NCBI GenBank assembly: GCA_947629045.1
Contig: CANRCF010000001.1
Location: forward strand, 72,078 to 136,077
Direction of reading: 5' to 3'
DNA from: an uncultured Clostridia bacterium
GTDB taxonomy: Bacteria > Bacillota > Clostridia > TANB77 > CAG-508
DNA: 64,000 bases
Under the pieces are notes generated by a model that made no database searches, had not been told where the DNA came from, and saw nothing but the letters and a program-made list of their open reading frames with translations. Position 1 is the stretch's first letter; every line of letters starts with the position of its first letter. The position numbers and the translations under genes are program-made. Of the stretch, positions 11,267 through 19,982 are shown in pieces.

Positions 11267-11785
11267 TTATTTATCAGCTTTTTTTGCTAATATAATAAAC
11301 ATATTTTTACCTTCTAATATTGGCTTTTTTTCTGGAACAGAAATATCTGCTAATTCATCAGTAAATTTTTGAAGAACTTCTTCTCCTAATTTTATGTAGT
11401 TCATTTCTCTTCCTCTAAATTTTAATGTTATTCTTACCTTGTTGCCATCTTCTAAGAATTTTCTAGCATTTTTTGCTTTGAATTCAAAGTCATGTTGTTC
11501 AATATTAGGTGTAATTCTAATTTCTTTTAATTCAAATGTTTTTTGTTTTTTACGAGCTTCTTTTTCTTTTTTTGCTTGTTCAAATTTGTATTTGCCATAG
11601 TTCATAATTTTGCAAACTGGCATATCTGGATTTGGAGATACCATAACTAAATCTAATTTTTTATCATAGGCTAAATCTAAGGCATCTTGAAGATTCATAG
11701 CTCCTTTTTTTTCTCCGTTTTCATCAATTAATTGCACTTTACTTGCTCTTATTTCTTCATTAATTGGTAAATCTTGTTTTATAAT
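11267..11785 (-). CDS. infC: Translation initiation factor IF-3 (probable ATT start)
   Basis: ...IKQDLPINEEIRASKVQLIDENGEK... The track TTG start at 11800 lies inside the SD (TGGAGGTG). ATT at 11785..11783 follows GGAGGTG by 4 nt, and a non-AUG start is the known autoregulatory feature of infC. Confidence 0.85.
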   Translation of the reverse strand: MIKQDLPINEEIRASKVQLIDENGEKKGAMNLQDALDLAYDKKLDLVMVSPNPDMPVCKIMNYGKYKFEQAKKEKEARKKQKTFELKEIRITPNIEQHDFEFKAKNARKFLEDGNKVRITLKFRGREMNYIKLGEEVLQKFTDELADISVPEKKPILEGKNMFIILAKKADK

Positions 11786-11800
11786 AAAACACCTCCACAA

Positions 11801-12066
11801 ATTTTTATTTTACACTTTAATATATTTTATAATTTTATATTTTTGTGCAAAATCTGTTTTAATATATTTTAATAAATATGTGTACAAAAAAAGATTGATT
11901 TTTCTTAAAATCAATCCACACTAAATTATAACTATATTTGCAATAATACATTTCAATTTTGTATTTACCTTTTATGTGATGCTATTCATAAAAGTATATA
12001 AGTTATATATTTTAACCTTTTCCCTATTTGGTTAAGGTGAGCATGGATTGCTTCTTTTTTTGACTT
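11801..12066 (-). promoter_or_regulatory. infC-rpmI-rplT leader (L20-leader-like, with internal attenuator)
   Basis: ~265-nt untranslated leader between a sigma-A promoter and infC, containing stem-loops and an intrinsic terminator. This matches the known L20-controlled attenuation layout of Firmicutes. No covariance model was run. Confidence 0.45.
11886..11916 (-). terminator. Leader attenuator/terminator upstream of infC
   Basis: Minus strand reads GATTGATTTT-aaga-AAAATCAATC followed by T7. Confidence 0.6.
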
Positions 12067-12070
12067 AATT

Positions 12071-12100
12071 ATTATACTGCACTTTTTAGTTATTTGTCAA
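12071..12100 (-). promoter_or_regulatory. Sigma-A promoter of the infC operon
   Basis: Minus strand TTGACA (12100..12095), 18-nt spacer, TATAAT (12076..12071). Confidence 0.5.
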
Positions 12101-12151
12101 GACTTTTTATAAATTTTTCAGTTTTTCGGTTTTTTACATTTTTTGACAATG

Positions 12152-12196
12152 CAAAAAAGCTACTCAAAAATTTTTTTCTTCTAAGTAGCTTTTTTA
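12152..12196 (-). terminator. Rho-independent terminator after the FGE-domain gene
   Basis: AGCTACT / AGTAGCT stem (12158..12164 / 12184..12190) flanked by an A-run and a T-run, so it could act in both directions. Confidence 0.65.
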
Positions 12197-12259
12197 TTTT
12201 TAACACACCATATTATACAATCTCATTTTAACATTTACATCTTTGCAAATTTTCAGTCA

Positions 12260-13621
12260 CTATTTTAGGTAAAGCACAGGACGAAAGCCGACGTCGATGT
12301 CGTAGCTGCCAACCGTGTAGTCACCACTGCGTTTAGCTGCTGGGTAACCGCCGCCGTTGTTGTAAAAGCCGCCCCCGCGAAGAACAGCGTAGATAGTATT
12401 TCCTGTTGGTTCTGTCTTTGTTTCTGTTGTTGTACTACTATGACTTCCTTTTTCTGTTGTCCATTCCCACATGTTTCCTGCAAAATCATATATATTTTTT
12501 GCTTTATTCCTTTCTGATATTCCTGTTGCTAATTCATATAATGTTTGTTCTCCTTCCGCAGACCTTGCCTCAAAATTTACTGACCCTCTTTTATAATTTC
12601 CTTGGTTTTCTGTACATGTCCATCCATTATTATAGTCTATACTATGTATTGAATATAATCCATTTACTCCTTCTCCTGAATCTGCATTTACATAGTTACC
12701 CCATGAGGTACTATCTGTTACATCATATTTATTATCTTTACTTAGCCAGTGGCATATTGTGTCCCATGCTTGTGAATCTATTAATCTACTTGTTACTGAT
12801 GTGCTATCTTCGTACATCCTTTCCGATAATCCTTTTGCAACTGTTTGACTTACATAATTCCATGCTTGTAATCCTTTCCTTGATGCTGGTAAATTTTCTT
12901 TTGTTACTTCTTTTGCTGATTTATTTCTGTTTGCTTCATTTGATTTTTCTGTATATTTAGTAGTTTCATCATAGTTTATGCTCTCTGGCACTCCTGCTTC
13001 ATATCTTGCTACATAAAATCCCCCATATTTTTTTACGCTTTCTTTTCTTTCTGTTATGTTTTCTTCGTCCCACCAATCTTTATAATCTTTGTAATTTGCA
13101 TTTGCTTTTTCTTTCCATGTTTTTGTGTCTTGTCTATATATTATTTTTCCATTTTTTTCATCTTTTTGAATCTCATTATTACCTTCTTCACTATTTGTAC
13201 TATTTACAGAAATAACTTTGTCACCTTCTTCTACACCATCTACTGGCACCCATACAAATTCATTTCCTTTGCTATCAATAATTACTAGTCCTTCATCAAC
13301 AACATTTTCTCCCTCAACCCCACTTACTGCAAATCCTGCTGGGACTGTTATTGTTTTTCCATTTTTATCCGTATATTTCGTATTTTCAAAATGCATTAAT
13401 GCTTCTGCAATTGTAATTTGCCTTAAATCTTTATCTTTTGCCTCATTTGTTTTTTCTCCTGCTTCTTTGGCGAGCTGCAATATTCCATTATCTCCAAATA
13501 CCACTGTTACGCTTACCGATGCCAAAATCAAAAGTACTACTATTGTTACTACTAGAGCTATTAATGTTATTCCTTCAACATTTAAGCCTTTTCTTGTGTT
13601 GGTCCTTTGTCTCTTTTTCAT
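12260..13621 (-). CDS. Pilin-like N-terminal anchor + FGE-sulfatase (SUMF1 / C-type-lectin fold) domain protein; candidate DGR target
   Basis: 453-aa ORF with AAGGAGG upstream. N-terminus is ...KGLNVEGITLIALVVTIVVLLILASVSV (prepilin-like hydrophobic segment). C-terminal domain carries AWDTICHWL, GNMWEWTTE, LRGGGF and VGFRP motifs of the FGE/SUMF1 fold. Confidence 0.8.
   Translation of the reverse strand: MKKRQRTNTRKGLNVEGITLIALVVTIVVLLILASVSVTVVFGDNGILQLAKEAGEKTNEAKDKDLRQITIAEALMHFENTKYTDKNGKTITVPAGFAVSGVEGENVVDEGLVIIDSKGNEFVWVPVDGVEEGDKVISVNSTNSEEGNNEIQKDEKNGKIIYRQDTKTWKEKANANYKDYKDWWDEENITERKESVKKYGGFYVARYEAGVPESINYDETTKYTEKSNEANRNKSAKEVTKENLPASRKGLQAWNYVSQTVAKGLSERMYEDSTSVTSRLIDSQAWDTICHWLSKDNKYDVTDSTSWGNYVNADSGEGVNGLYSIHSIDYNNGWTCTENQGNYKRGSVNFEARSAEGEQTLYELATGISERNKAKNIYDFAGNMWEWTTEKGSHSSTTTETKTEPTGNTIYAVLRGGGFYNNGGGYPAAKRSGDYTVGSYDIDVGFRPVLYLK
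12263..12395 (-). other. Candidate diversity-generating retroelement variable region (VR)
   Basis: Abrupt switch to G+C-rich sequence over the last ~44 codons. Codons are mostly NNC (GGC GGC TTT TAC AAC AAC GGC GGC GGT TAC ... GGC AGC TAC GAC ATC GAC GTC GGC TTT CGT). Placement at the extreme C-terminus of a CLec/FGE fold, ending in GFR, matches known VRs. Confidence 0.55.
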
Positions 13622-13817
13622 TTTCCATTTTCCTCCTTAATTATTAACTTTCTTCGTATTTTGTAAATTCTTCTCAGATTTACTTTTTTAATTTATATAT
13701 TTTTTTATTCTCATTTATATTTAAATAAAAAAGAATAAAATATTAAAATCTAATATAATTTTTCTACATTTTTTTCAAAAAACTAATAAAAAATAAATAG
13801 TTATTCATTTACAAGCA

Positions 13818-13860
13818 ACAAAAAGGACAGGCTATTTTATTTTTATAAAATAGTCTATCC
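13818..13860 (-). terminator. Hairpin/terminator between the microsatellite ORF and the FGE-domain gene
   Basis: 16-bp imperfect stem GGACAGGCTATTTTAT / ATAAAATAGTCTATCC (13825..13840 / 13845..13860). On the minus strand TTTTT follows. Confidence 0.5.
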
Positions 13861-13999
13861 TTTACTAATTTATTATATATATTTTTTATATTATCTATGT
13901 TTTTTTCACTATATATGTTGTTTGTATTTTTTATATTGCTTATTTTTGCTACTATAATATTAGCTATTTTACTTGCAAATAGCTTTATATCTTTTTTAT

Positions 14000-14119
<120 letters not shown>

Positions 14120-14226
14120 TTTTTTCTCCTTCTCTTTTGTCTTGTTTTACTTTATCATAACTTTTCACTTTTTGCAACTATTTTTTTCTTTATTTTAAGT
14201 TGAAACGAAAAATTTTCAAGTTTTTC

Positions 14227-14255
14227 TTGACTTTTACTTGTTTTTGTAATAAAAT
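14227..14255 (+). promoter_or_regulatory. Candidate sigma-A promoter of rplM-rpsI
   Basis: TTGACT (14227..14232), 17-nt spacer, TAAAAT (14250..14255), followed by a ~100-nt leader. Confidence 0.45.
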
Positions 14256-14363
14256 ATTAAAGCATGTATAAGAATGTAATTATTTTTTAGCTTCTCCCCG
14301 GTGGCTTAAAAGTAGTTTCATATAGATAATGTTTTGAAAAATGAATGGAGGATTTGATTTACC

Positions 14364-14801
14364 ATGAATAATACAACTTACAGTGTAAAAAAGAATGAAA
14401 TTGAAAGCAAATGGTATGTAATTGACGCTACAGATAAACCATTAGGTAGAGTAGCTGCTGAAGCTGCAAAATTATTAAGAGGAAAACATAAACCAACTTA
14501 TACTACACATATGGATGTTGGTGATCATGTAATTGTTATTAATTGCAGTAAAGTACTTTTAACAGGAAAGAAATTAGATCAAAAAGTTTATACAAACTTC
14601 TCAGGTTATATTGGAGGAATGAAAGAAATTACAGCAAGAGATTTATTAGCAAAAAGTCCAGAAAAAATGATGACTCGTGCTATAACAGGAATGCTTCCTC
14701 ATACAAAACTTGGAAGACAAATGGCTAAAAAATTAAGAGTATATGCTGGTAGCGAGCATGAAAATATAGCTCAAAAACCTGAAGTTTGGGAGGTAAAATA
14801 A
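14364..14801 (+). CDS. rplM: 50S ribosomal protein L13
   Basis: ...[33 protein letters not shown]... Confidence 0.95.
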   Translation: MNNTTYSVKKNEIESKWYVIDATDKPLGRVAAEAAKLLRGKHKPTYTTHMDVGDHVIVINCSKVLLTGKKLDQKVYTNFSGYIGGMKEITARDLLAKSPEKMMTRAITGMLPHTKLGRQMAKKLRVYAGSEHENIAQKPEVWEVK

Positions 14802-14802
14802 T

Positions 14803-15207
14803 ATGGCAAAGAAAGCTAATAATATTGTATTTTTAGGTACAGGTAGAAGAAAAAAATCAATTGCTAGAGTTAGATTAGTAGAAGGTAAAGGAAATATTAC
14901 TATAAATGGAAAAGCTCTAGATGAATATTTTGGAACAGAAGTATTAAAAGTTATAGTTAAACAACCATTAGTTGCTACAAATACTCTTGATAAATATGAT
15001 GTTATTTGTACAGTAACAGGTGGTGGATTTACTGGTCAAGCAGGTGCCGTTCGTCACGGTATTGCAAGAGCATTAAATGAAGCTAATAGTGAATATAGAC
15101 CTGCTCTTAAATCTGCAGGTTTCTTAACAAGAGATCCTCGTATGAAGGAAAGAAAGAAATACGGTCTTAAGAAAGCTAGAAAAGCTCCACAATTCAGCAA
15201 GAGATAG
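14803..15207 (+). CDS. rpsI: 30S ribosomal protein S9
   Basis: ...[14 protein letters not shown]...[25 protein letters not shown]. Confidence 0.95.
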   Translation: MAKKANNIVFLGTGRRKKSIARVRLVEGKGNITINGKALDEYFGTEVLKVIVKQPLVATNTLDKYDVICTVTGGGFTGQAGAVRHGIARALNEANSEYRPALKSAGFLTRDPRMKERKKYGLKKARKAPQFSKR

Positions 15208-15261
15208 TAACTTAAATAAAGATAGTTTTAGAGTTGATTTATTTATCAATTCACAATATAT

Positions 15262-15296
15262 AAAAAACCATATCAAGTTTTTGGTATGGTTTTTTC
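15262..15296 (+). terminator. Rho-independent terminator after rpsI
   Basis: AAAAAACCATA-loop-TATGGTTTTTT. Confidence 0.7.
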
Positions 15297-15312
15297 ATAT
15301 AAAAATTTATAT

Positions 15313-15351
15313 AAAAAAAGGAATTATTATTTTTTAATAACTCCTTTTTTT
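15313..15351. terminator. Bidirectional hairpin terminator
   Basis: AAGGAATTATTA / TAATAACTCCTT stem with one mismatch, flanked by an A-run and a T-run. It serves the convergent 93-aa ORF and any rpsI read-through. Confidence 0.5.
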
Positions 15352-15370
15352 CTCCAACTTTTTTAGTTAA

Positions 15371-15652
15371 TTAGCAATAGGCATTGCCTTTTTTGCTGAA
15401 TTTTTTAGCCTTTCGGCTGAATTTTCCGCTTCTGATTAGCGTCATAGCCTCATAAGCTTCGGCTTTATCAGCTTCAAACTTTTCTGCCCAAGTATAAAAA
15501 TCATTTTTCATGATTTCAATGCTTGATTTTACAGGTTCCTCTTCAGGATACTTGGCTTTAAGTAAGAAACGAAGCTTTCTTAAATAAAAAAGCATCATGT
15601 TTACGTCTGTCCGTGCAATTCCTATTGCACATTTTGCCTCTCTTTTTGTCAT
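15371..15652 (-). CDS. Hypothetical protein (93 aa)
   Basis: ORF with its own terminator. By eye somewhat more G+C-rich than its neighbours. No family recognised. Confidence 0.45.
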   Translation of the reverse strand: MTKREAKCAIGIARTDVNMMLFYLRKLRFLLKAKYPEEEPVKSSIEIMKNDFYTWAEKFEADKAEAYEAMTLIRSGKFSRKAKKFSKKGNAYC

Positions 15653-15866
15653 TTGTTTAAAACCTCACTTTAAATTTATTTTAACTTTAATTACTAAAGT
15701 TAAATTAGCTTTAAAAAGTTGGAAAATTAAAGCTAAAAAAACTTTTCGTATCTTTAATTATACCATATTATTTTTTAAATAGCAAATGTCACATGCTTTT
15801 TTACTTATAAATTGATACAAATACAATGAATTAAGCTAAAATATTATTTTTTAAATTGTAACAATT

Positions 15867-16625
15867 TTACTCCACAATATCTAGCAAATTATCTGATTGC
15901 ATTCCTTCTAAATTATAATAAGTGCTTGGTATATCTCCTATTATTACCCCTTCTGCTAGCAATACTTGATTTACTATTTTTTCCTCCATTGTTTGAGAAG
16001 GTGTTAGTATAATAACATTGCACACTATTTCTAAATAAATTTTGTGCATGGTTTGATTTATTCCACTAGCTATAAATTCAGATTTAAGTGAAGTATCTAA
16101 ACTTCCTGCTACTTCCATTTTAATGTTTACTTTTGGTCCCCTACCTGATAGCAAATTGATTCCTAGAAAGCTTCCTAAAGGAATCGAAAAATGGTTGTTT
16201 TCACTTTGCTCGATTTGGTTTTGTATTCTTATTGGAATTTCTGAAATGATTTCATTAACAGTAATCATGTTTGTTGTTACCATTTTAATATTTCCACTCT
16301 CGTCTTTTGTAATGTTTAATAAATCTTCATATTTGTAATTTACCATTACTTTGCTAGATTCTTCATTACAAATTTTAGTAGCAATAGATTTTGCCATTGC
16401 TTTACATTGTTTTTCCATTATTGGCTCTATTGATTTTAAAGCATAATATGCAAATGTGAAAGCTATTATAAGTATTACAATTAGACTTATAAAAGCTCCA
16501 TATTTTCTCCTTTGTTTATTACTTCCACCATATTTGCCTAGCCTTTTTAACCTATTTGCCGTACGAAATTTAAGTGGACGATAATTAAACCTCCACTTAT
16601 TTCTTGTATAAATTTTATCATCCAT
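15867..16625 (-). CDS. yunB: Sporulation protein YunB
   Basis: 252 aa with an N-terminal membrane helix, then ...NIKMEVAGSLDTSLKSEFIASGINQTMHKIYLEI... typical of YunB. Confidence 0.75.
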   Translation of the reverse strand: MDDKIYTRNKWRFNYRPLKFRTANRLKRLGKYGGSNKQRRKYGAFISLIVILIIAFTFAYYALKSIEPIMEKQCKAMAKSIATKICNEESSKVMVNYKYEDLLNITKDESGNIKMVTTNMITVNEIISEIPIRIQNQIEQSENNHFSIPLGSFLGINLLSGRGPKVNIKMEVAGSLDTSLKSEFIASGINQTMHKIYLEIVCNVIILTPSQTMEEKIVNQVLLAEGVIIGDIPSTYYNLEGMQSDNLLDIVE

Positions 16626-18150
16626 GGTATCTAGGAATAAATAATTGTTTTCCTACTTGCAAATTATTTGCATCTTCTATTCCATTTACCCTAGCAATAT
16701 TTTCTACTGTACTGTTAAATTTTTTAGCAATCTTCCATAAAGTATCTCCCGGTTTTGCAAAGTAAATAATCATGCTGTATGCATTTTTTGCTTTTTCTTC
16801 TTGTGTTTCAATTTCGTCTATAATTGAAATATTTCTATCTTGCTCACTTATTGCTGTAAAGCTCAAGTCTATTTTTATGTCTATGCTTTCGTCTTGTTTT
16901 ATAATAAAGTCTTGCTGTGAAATTTCTATTACTGTATTTATATTATCATCAGGTGTTATTCCATCAAAGTCCATTGTAAAGTTGATTGGAAGCATTATTT
17001 TCTTAGCATCTATTCCAGCATTACTATTTGAAGAATAAATAAAGTTTAATTCAAGGTCTCCTTCATAATTAATTGAATTTGCTCCTACTTGTTGCTTTTG
17101 AATTATTGGTAATACCTCAACATCATAAATTTTTCGAGAACTAATTTCTGGAATTACTTGATTTTCTCTAACACTATATGTTTGCTCTTTAGTACTTCTT
17201 TTTTGCATCATTCTTACTTTTCTTTGATGAAATTGCAAGTTTACAGTTGGACTATATAAGTCTTGTATCATTTTTAAGTTTTTGCTTTCATAAGCTTCAC
17301 AATATACTTCAATTTCAGCTTCTACATAAATAGAATGTTCTTCTACATTATTAGGTTTAATTATAATGTTTTTAATTTCGTATTTCACATCGCAAAGATG
17401 CTCCTCACTAATGTTTGGAAGGTCAACAAAGCCTACAATAGGTATAGTTGCTTCTTTTATATTTATACGATTATCATCTGTTAAATAAATAATTTTGGTT
17501 AGCATATCCGCTTTAATTAGTACCTTATTGTAACTAATTTTGATGTCCTTGTTTACAATCTTAAAATCTGTTTTCATGACTTCTACTAAGTTGTCAGCTT
17601 CATCAATCATAACCGTATCTTTTGCATAAACTTTTGTTGTACCACTTCCTATTAAAGAATTGATTTCAAAATCACTATTCAAAAATTGAATGTCTTTCAA
17701 GTTAGAAATCTCCTTAACATATTCTACTGTTTCATTTGAAGAAACTTTGCTTTCCACCTCCAAAATAGCTTTAATATGAATTTTTCTGCCGTTTAGTACT
17801 TTGCAGTCTAGTCCTTTTAAAATGATATTAACATCTAACTGCATTCCCACTTTTGCCGTTGGTACATCAATTATTTGTGTAAATTCTAAATTTGTGTTTA
17901 AGCTTCTTACCTGATTTTCCTCTGAATCTGCCAAGTACATTACGTATGTATTTACACACCCATCTAACCTAATTTTTCCATCTAAGATTTCTTTTTTATA
18001 AATACAGGTTGTTCCACTACTGCTAATTACACTTAATATGTCCGGTTTTACATCTGGAACAATGCAGTCATCTTCTACCATGAAAGTGTCTTTCTTTTGG
18101 CTAATAACTTGGTTTAAGGTAAGAGTATCTTTTGCTGTTTCGAGTACCAT
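16618..18150 (-). CDS. DUF3794 (SPOCS)-repeat protein with C-terminal LysM domain
   Basis: 510 aa. The C-terminus YFAKPGDTLWKIAKKFNSTVENIARVNGIEDANNLQVGKQLFIP is a LysM domain. The N-terminal two thirds resemble DUF3794 sporulation proteins. Confidence 0.75.
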   Translation of the reverse strand: MVLETAKDTLTLNQVISQKKDTFMVEDDCIVPDVKPDILSVISSSGTTCIYKKEILDGKIRLDGCVNTYVMYLADSEENQVRSLNTNLEFTQIIDVPTAKVGMQLDVNIILKGLDCKVLNGRKIHIKAILEVESKVSSNETVEYVKEISNLKDIQFLNSDFEINSLIGSGTTKVYAKDTVMIDEADNLVEVMKTDFKIVNKDIKISYNKVLIKADMLTKIIYLTDDNRINIKEATIPIVGFVDLPNISEEHLCDVKYEIKNIIIKPNNVEEHSIYVEAEIEVYCEAYESKNLKMIQDLYSPTVNLQFHQRKVRMMQKRSTKEQTYSVRENQVIPEISSRKIYDVEVLPIIQKQQVGANSINYEGDLELNFIYSSNSNAGIDAKKIMLPINFTMDFDGITPDDNINTVIEISQQDFIIKQDESIDIKIDLSFTAISEQDRNISIIDEIETQEEKAKNAYSMIIYFAKPGDTLWKIAKKFNSTVENIARVNGIEDANNLQVGKQLFIPRYHG

Positions 18151-18254
18151 TTTTTATCCCTCCTATTCATTTTTTCTAATTTATATATATGTTTAGGGAC
18201 AAAAAAAATTCCTAAAACTTAGGAATTTTTTGTTTTATTTTAATTTATTTAACT

Positions 18255-18554
18255 TTATGCTAAATTCTTTTGTCTCTTTGCTTCAAGTACTGGTGGTGGA
18301 ATAAGTGGACTATAACTGGTTCCATCAAATACATCCACTTCTACTGTTCTTGTTAAGACATCAGTATAGCTATAAGTAACATTTCTTTTCTCTTCCTCAT
18401 ATTTAATAACAAAAATATTTGGATAAGCTTTTTCTATTGTAGCTTCTTTTTCAAAGGTTTTGCATCTTCCAAGAGATCCTTTGACAATTATCTTTTGTCC
18501 GACCATTTCATTAATGTCAGTTTTTAAATTAGCAATATCATTTGGACAAATCAT
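18255..18554 (-). CDS. veg: Veg family protein
   Basis: ...GQKIIVKGSLGRCKTFEKEATIEKAYPNIFVIKYEEEKRNVTYSYTDVLTRTVEV... aligns with B. subtilis Veg. Confidence 0.85.
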   Translation of the reverse strand: MICPNDIANLKTDINEMVGQKIIVKGSLGRCKTFEKEATIEKAYPNIFVIKYEEEKRNVTYSYTDVLTRTVEVDVFDGTSYSPLIPPPVLEAKRQKNLA

Positions 18555-18837
18555 AACATCACCTACTTTTTTAATATGGGCAAATTATATCATTTAAATC
18601 TAAAAATGTCAAAAAAGTTCGGTTTGTGTCATTAGCTGTAATTTAGATATATCAATGGTTTTGGAGCTTTATTACATTTATATTACAATTTTATTACATG
18701 CGTGTAACAAAGGTTTTGTAATGTCTATTTCCGTAAATTATTTTTAATTTTTAAGCTTGCTTTTATTTTAATAATTCTTATAATTTACTAAAAATTCTTA
18801 TAACTTGCTTAAAAATAATTTATATTTTATATTTAAT

Positions 18838-19678
18838 TTAGACTAAAAGTGTCTTTTTCTTTCCCTGACCACCTATTCCACTTACCCCTCTTTGTCCGTC
18901 TCTAAGTTCTTCTTCCATATCTCTAATTGTTACGAATTTTTCTTCATTTGTTGTAGCTATTTTTTCTGCTACAATAAGTGGGTCCATAAAGTCAATTAAT
19001 ATTCTTGCTGGTGATGATGCAAAATTTGCTCCTGCTAGCATTAGCTTTTCATAATAACTTTGGCAAGCTCCTGCAAAAATTACTAAATCTTTATCTAACT
19101 TTTGCTTTCTTGCTTCAATTACTGCTGAAACAAAATATTTTGAATTTCTATAATTTGATAAATCGTTAAATCTTGCACCTTTTCTAATCATTCCGTCATG
19201 TCCGTGTGATTATTAATATATCTGGCTCATATCTTTGTATTAACCCTTTTATATAATATGGTTGATTCCTTTCAGGTATATTTTTGACAAATGCTGTTAA
19301 ACCTAACTTTTTATAGTATCTACGAGATTTTTCACTATACTTTCTATCACCATCTATATGAAGAATTCTTCCTGTATAAGAGACTAGAGTTTCACGAAAT
19401 GGCTTAGATAAATTTTTTATTTCTTCTTGTTTTTGAATTCTTTTTAATGCTTTTTCTTCTACTTTTCTTATGTGTTCTTCTACAATTTTAGGGCTTACTT
19501 CTTCTAAATCTTCTAGTGGGCTATCTGCCTGAACTCTAACTGTTAAGCCATTTAAAATTGCTATTTGGTCTCCATCTTTTGTTTTTATTATTCTTTGTAT
19601 TACAAATATTATATCTTTTCCGTATGATAATCTTGCTACAATGTCACCTTTCTTAAGTTTTTTCATATCAAAATTCAT
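18838..19678 (-). pseudogene. yabG: Sporulation-specific protease YabG, interrupted by a +1 frameshift
   Basis: Track ORFs 19196..19678 (...YEPDILIITRT stop) and 18838..19191 (MIRKGARFNDLSNYRNSKYF...) are the two halves of YabG. The conserved ...ILIIT-GHDGMIRKG junction is restored by deleting one base at about 19204 (ATCACA[C]GGACATGACGGA). Confidence 0.8.
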
Positions 19679-19817
19679 TCCTTTCTAGATTTGCTTTTTT
19701 TGGGGTAACTCCCCTACATTCCTTTATAGAAAGAATTTTGCATTTTATAAATATGCAGTTATCATATTTTATGTCGTATTTTGTAGTTTGGTGACAGGGT
19801 AAAATTTTTGAAAACTA

Positions 19818-19847
19818 TTGACTTTTTTAAATAAAAAAGAGTATAAT
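19818..19847 (+). promoter_or_regulatory. Sigma-A-type promoter driving the tandem-repeat RNA
   Basis: TTGACT (19818..19823), 18-nt spacer, TATAAT (19842..19847). Confidence 0.5.
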
Positions 19848-19886
19848 GAATATAATAGTAGTGGATATTTAATATCTACTATAATT

Positions 19887-19982
19887 AAAATGTGAACCGC
19901 AACCCTATTTGCGAAATATAAATTTATAGGTGAGAAAATGTGAACCGCAACCCTGCTTGCGAGATATAAATGCGCAGGTGAA
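19887..19982 (+). repeat. Two tandem 48-nt repeats, each able to fold as an H-type pseudoknot (candidate structured RNA)
   Basis: Unit 1 is 19887..19934 and unit 2 is 19935..19982, with 8 differences. Stem 1 is CGCAA/TTGCG. The loop CCTAT pairs with ATAGG in unit 1 and becomes CCTGC pairing with GCAGG in unit 2, which is two compensatory base-pair changes. A perfect 12-bp helix (19877..19888 / 19989..20000) encloses both units. Confidence 0.7.

Noticed and set aside
12265-12489. 74-aa minus-strand ORF in an alternative frame of the FGE-domain gene.
   Set aside because: It lies entirely inside the G+C-rich end of the real gene, where low stop-codon density in the G+C-rich block creates a spurious open frame.
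12406-13640. Plus-strand track ORFs (12406..12960, 13006..13215, 13218..13640, 13438..13647). The same kind occurs across the window, e.g. 1573..1812, 2308..2529, 30954..31310, 35020..35397 and 46768..47119.
   Set aside because: All lie antisense to well-supported minus-strand genes. They encode F/L/I/S-rich low-complexity strings and lack SD sequences, as expected for chance frames opposite real genes.
19887-19982. CRISPR array interpretation of the 48-nt repeats, and of the 24-nt repeats at 33257..33328.
   Set aside because: The units are contiguous with no spacers, there are only 2-3 copies, and no cas genes are present.
19887-19982. preQ1-I (tandem) riboswitch.
   Set aside because: The topology is similar (short stem, A-rich tail, 3' strand in the SD). 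But the loop is only 6 nt, I do not see the conserved preQ1-I loop nucleotides as I remember them, and no queuosine-related gene follows. This was not tested with a covariance model.
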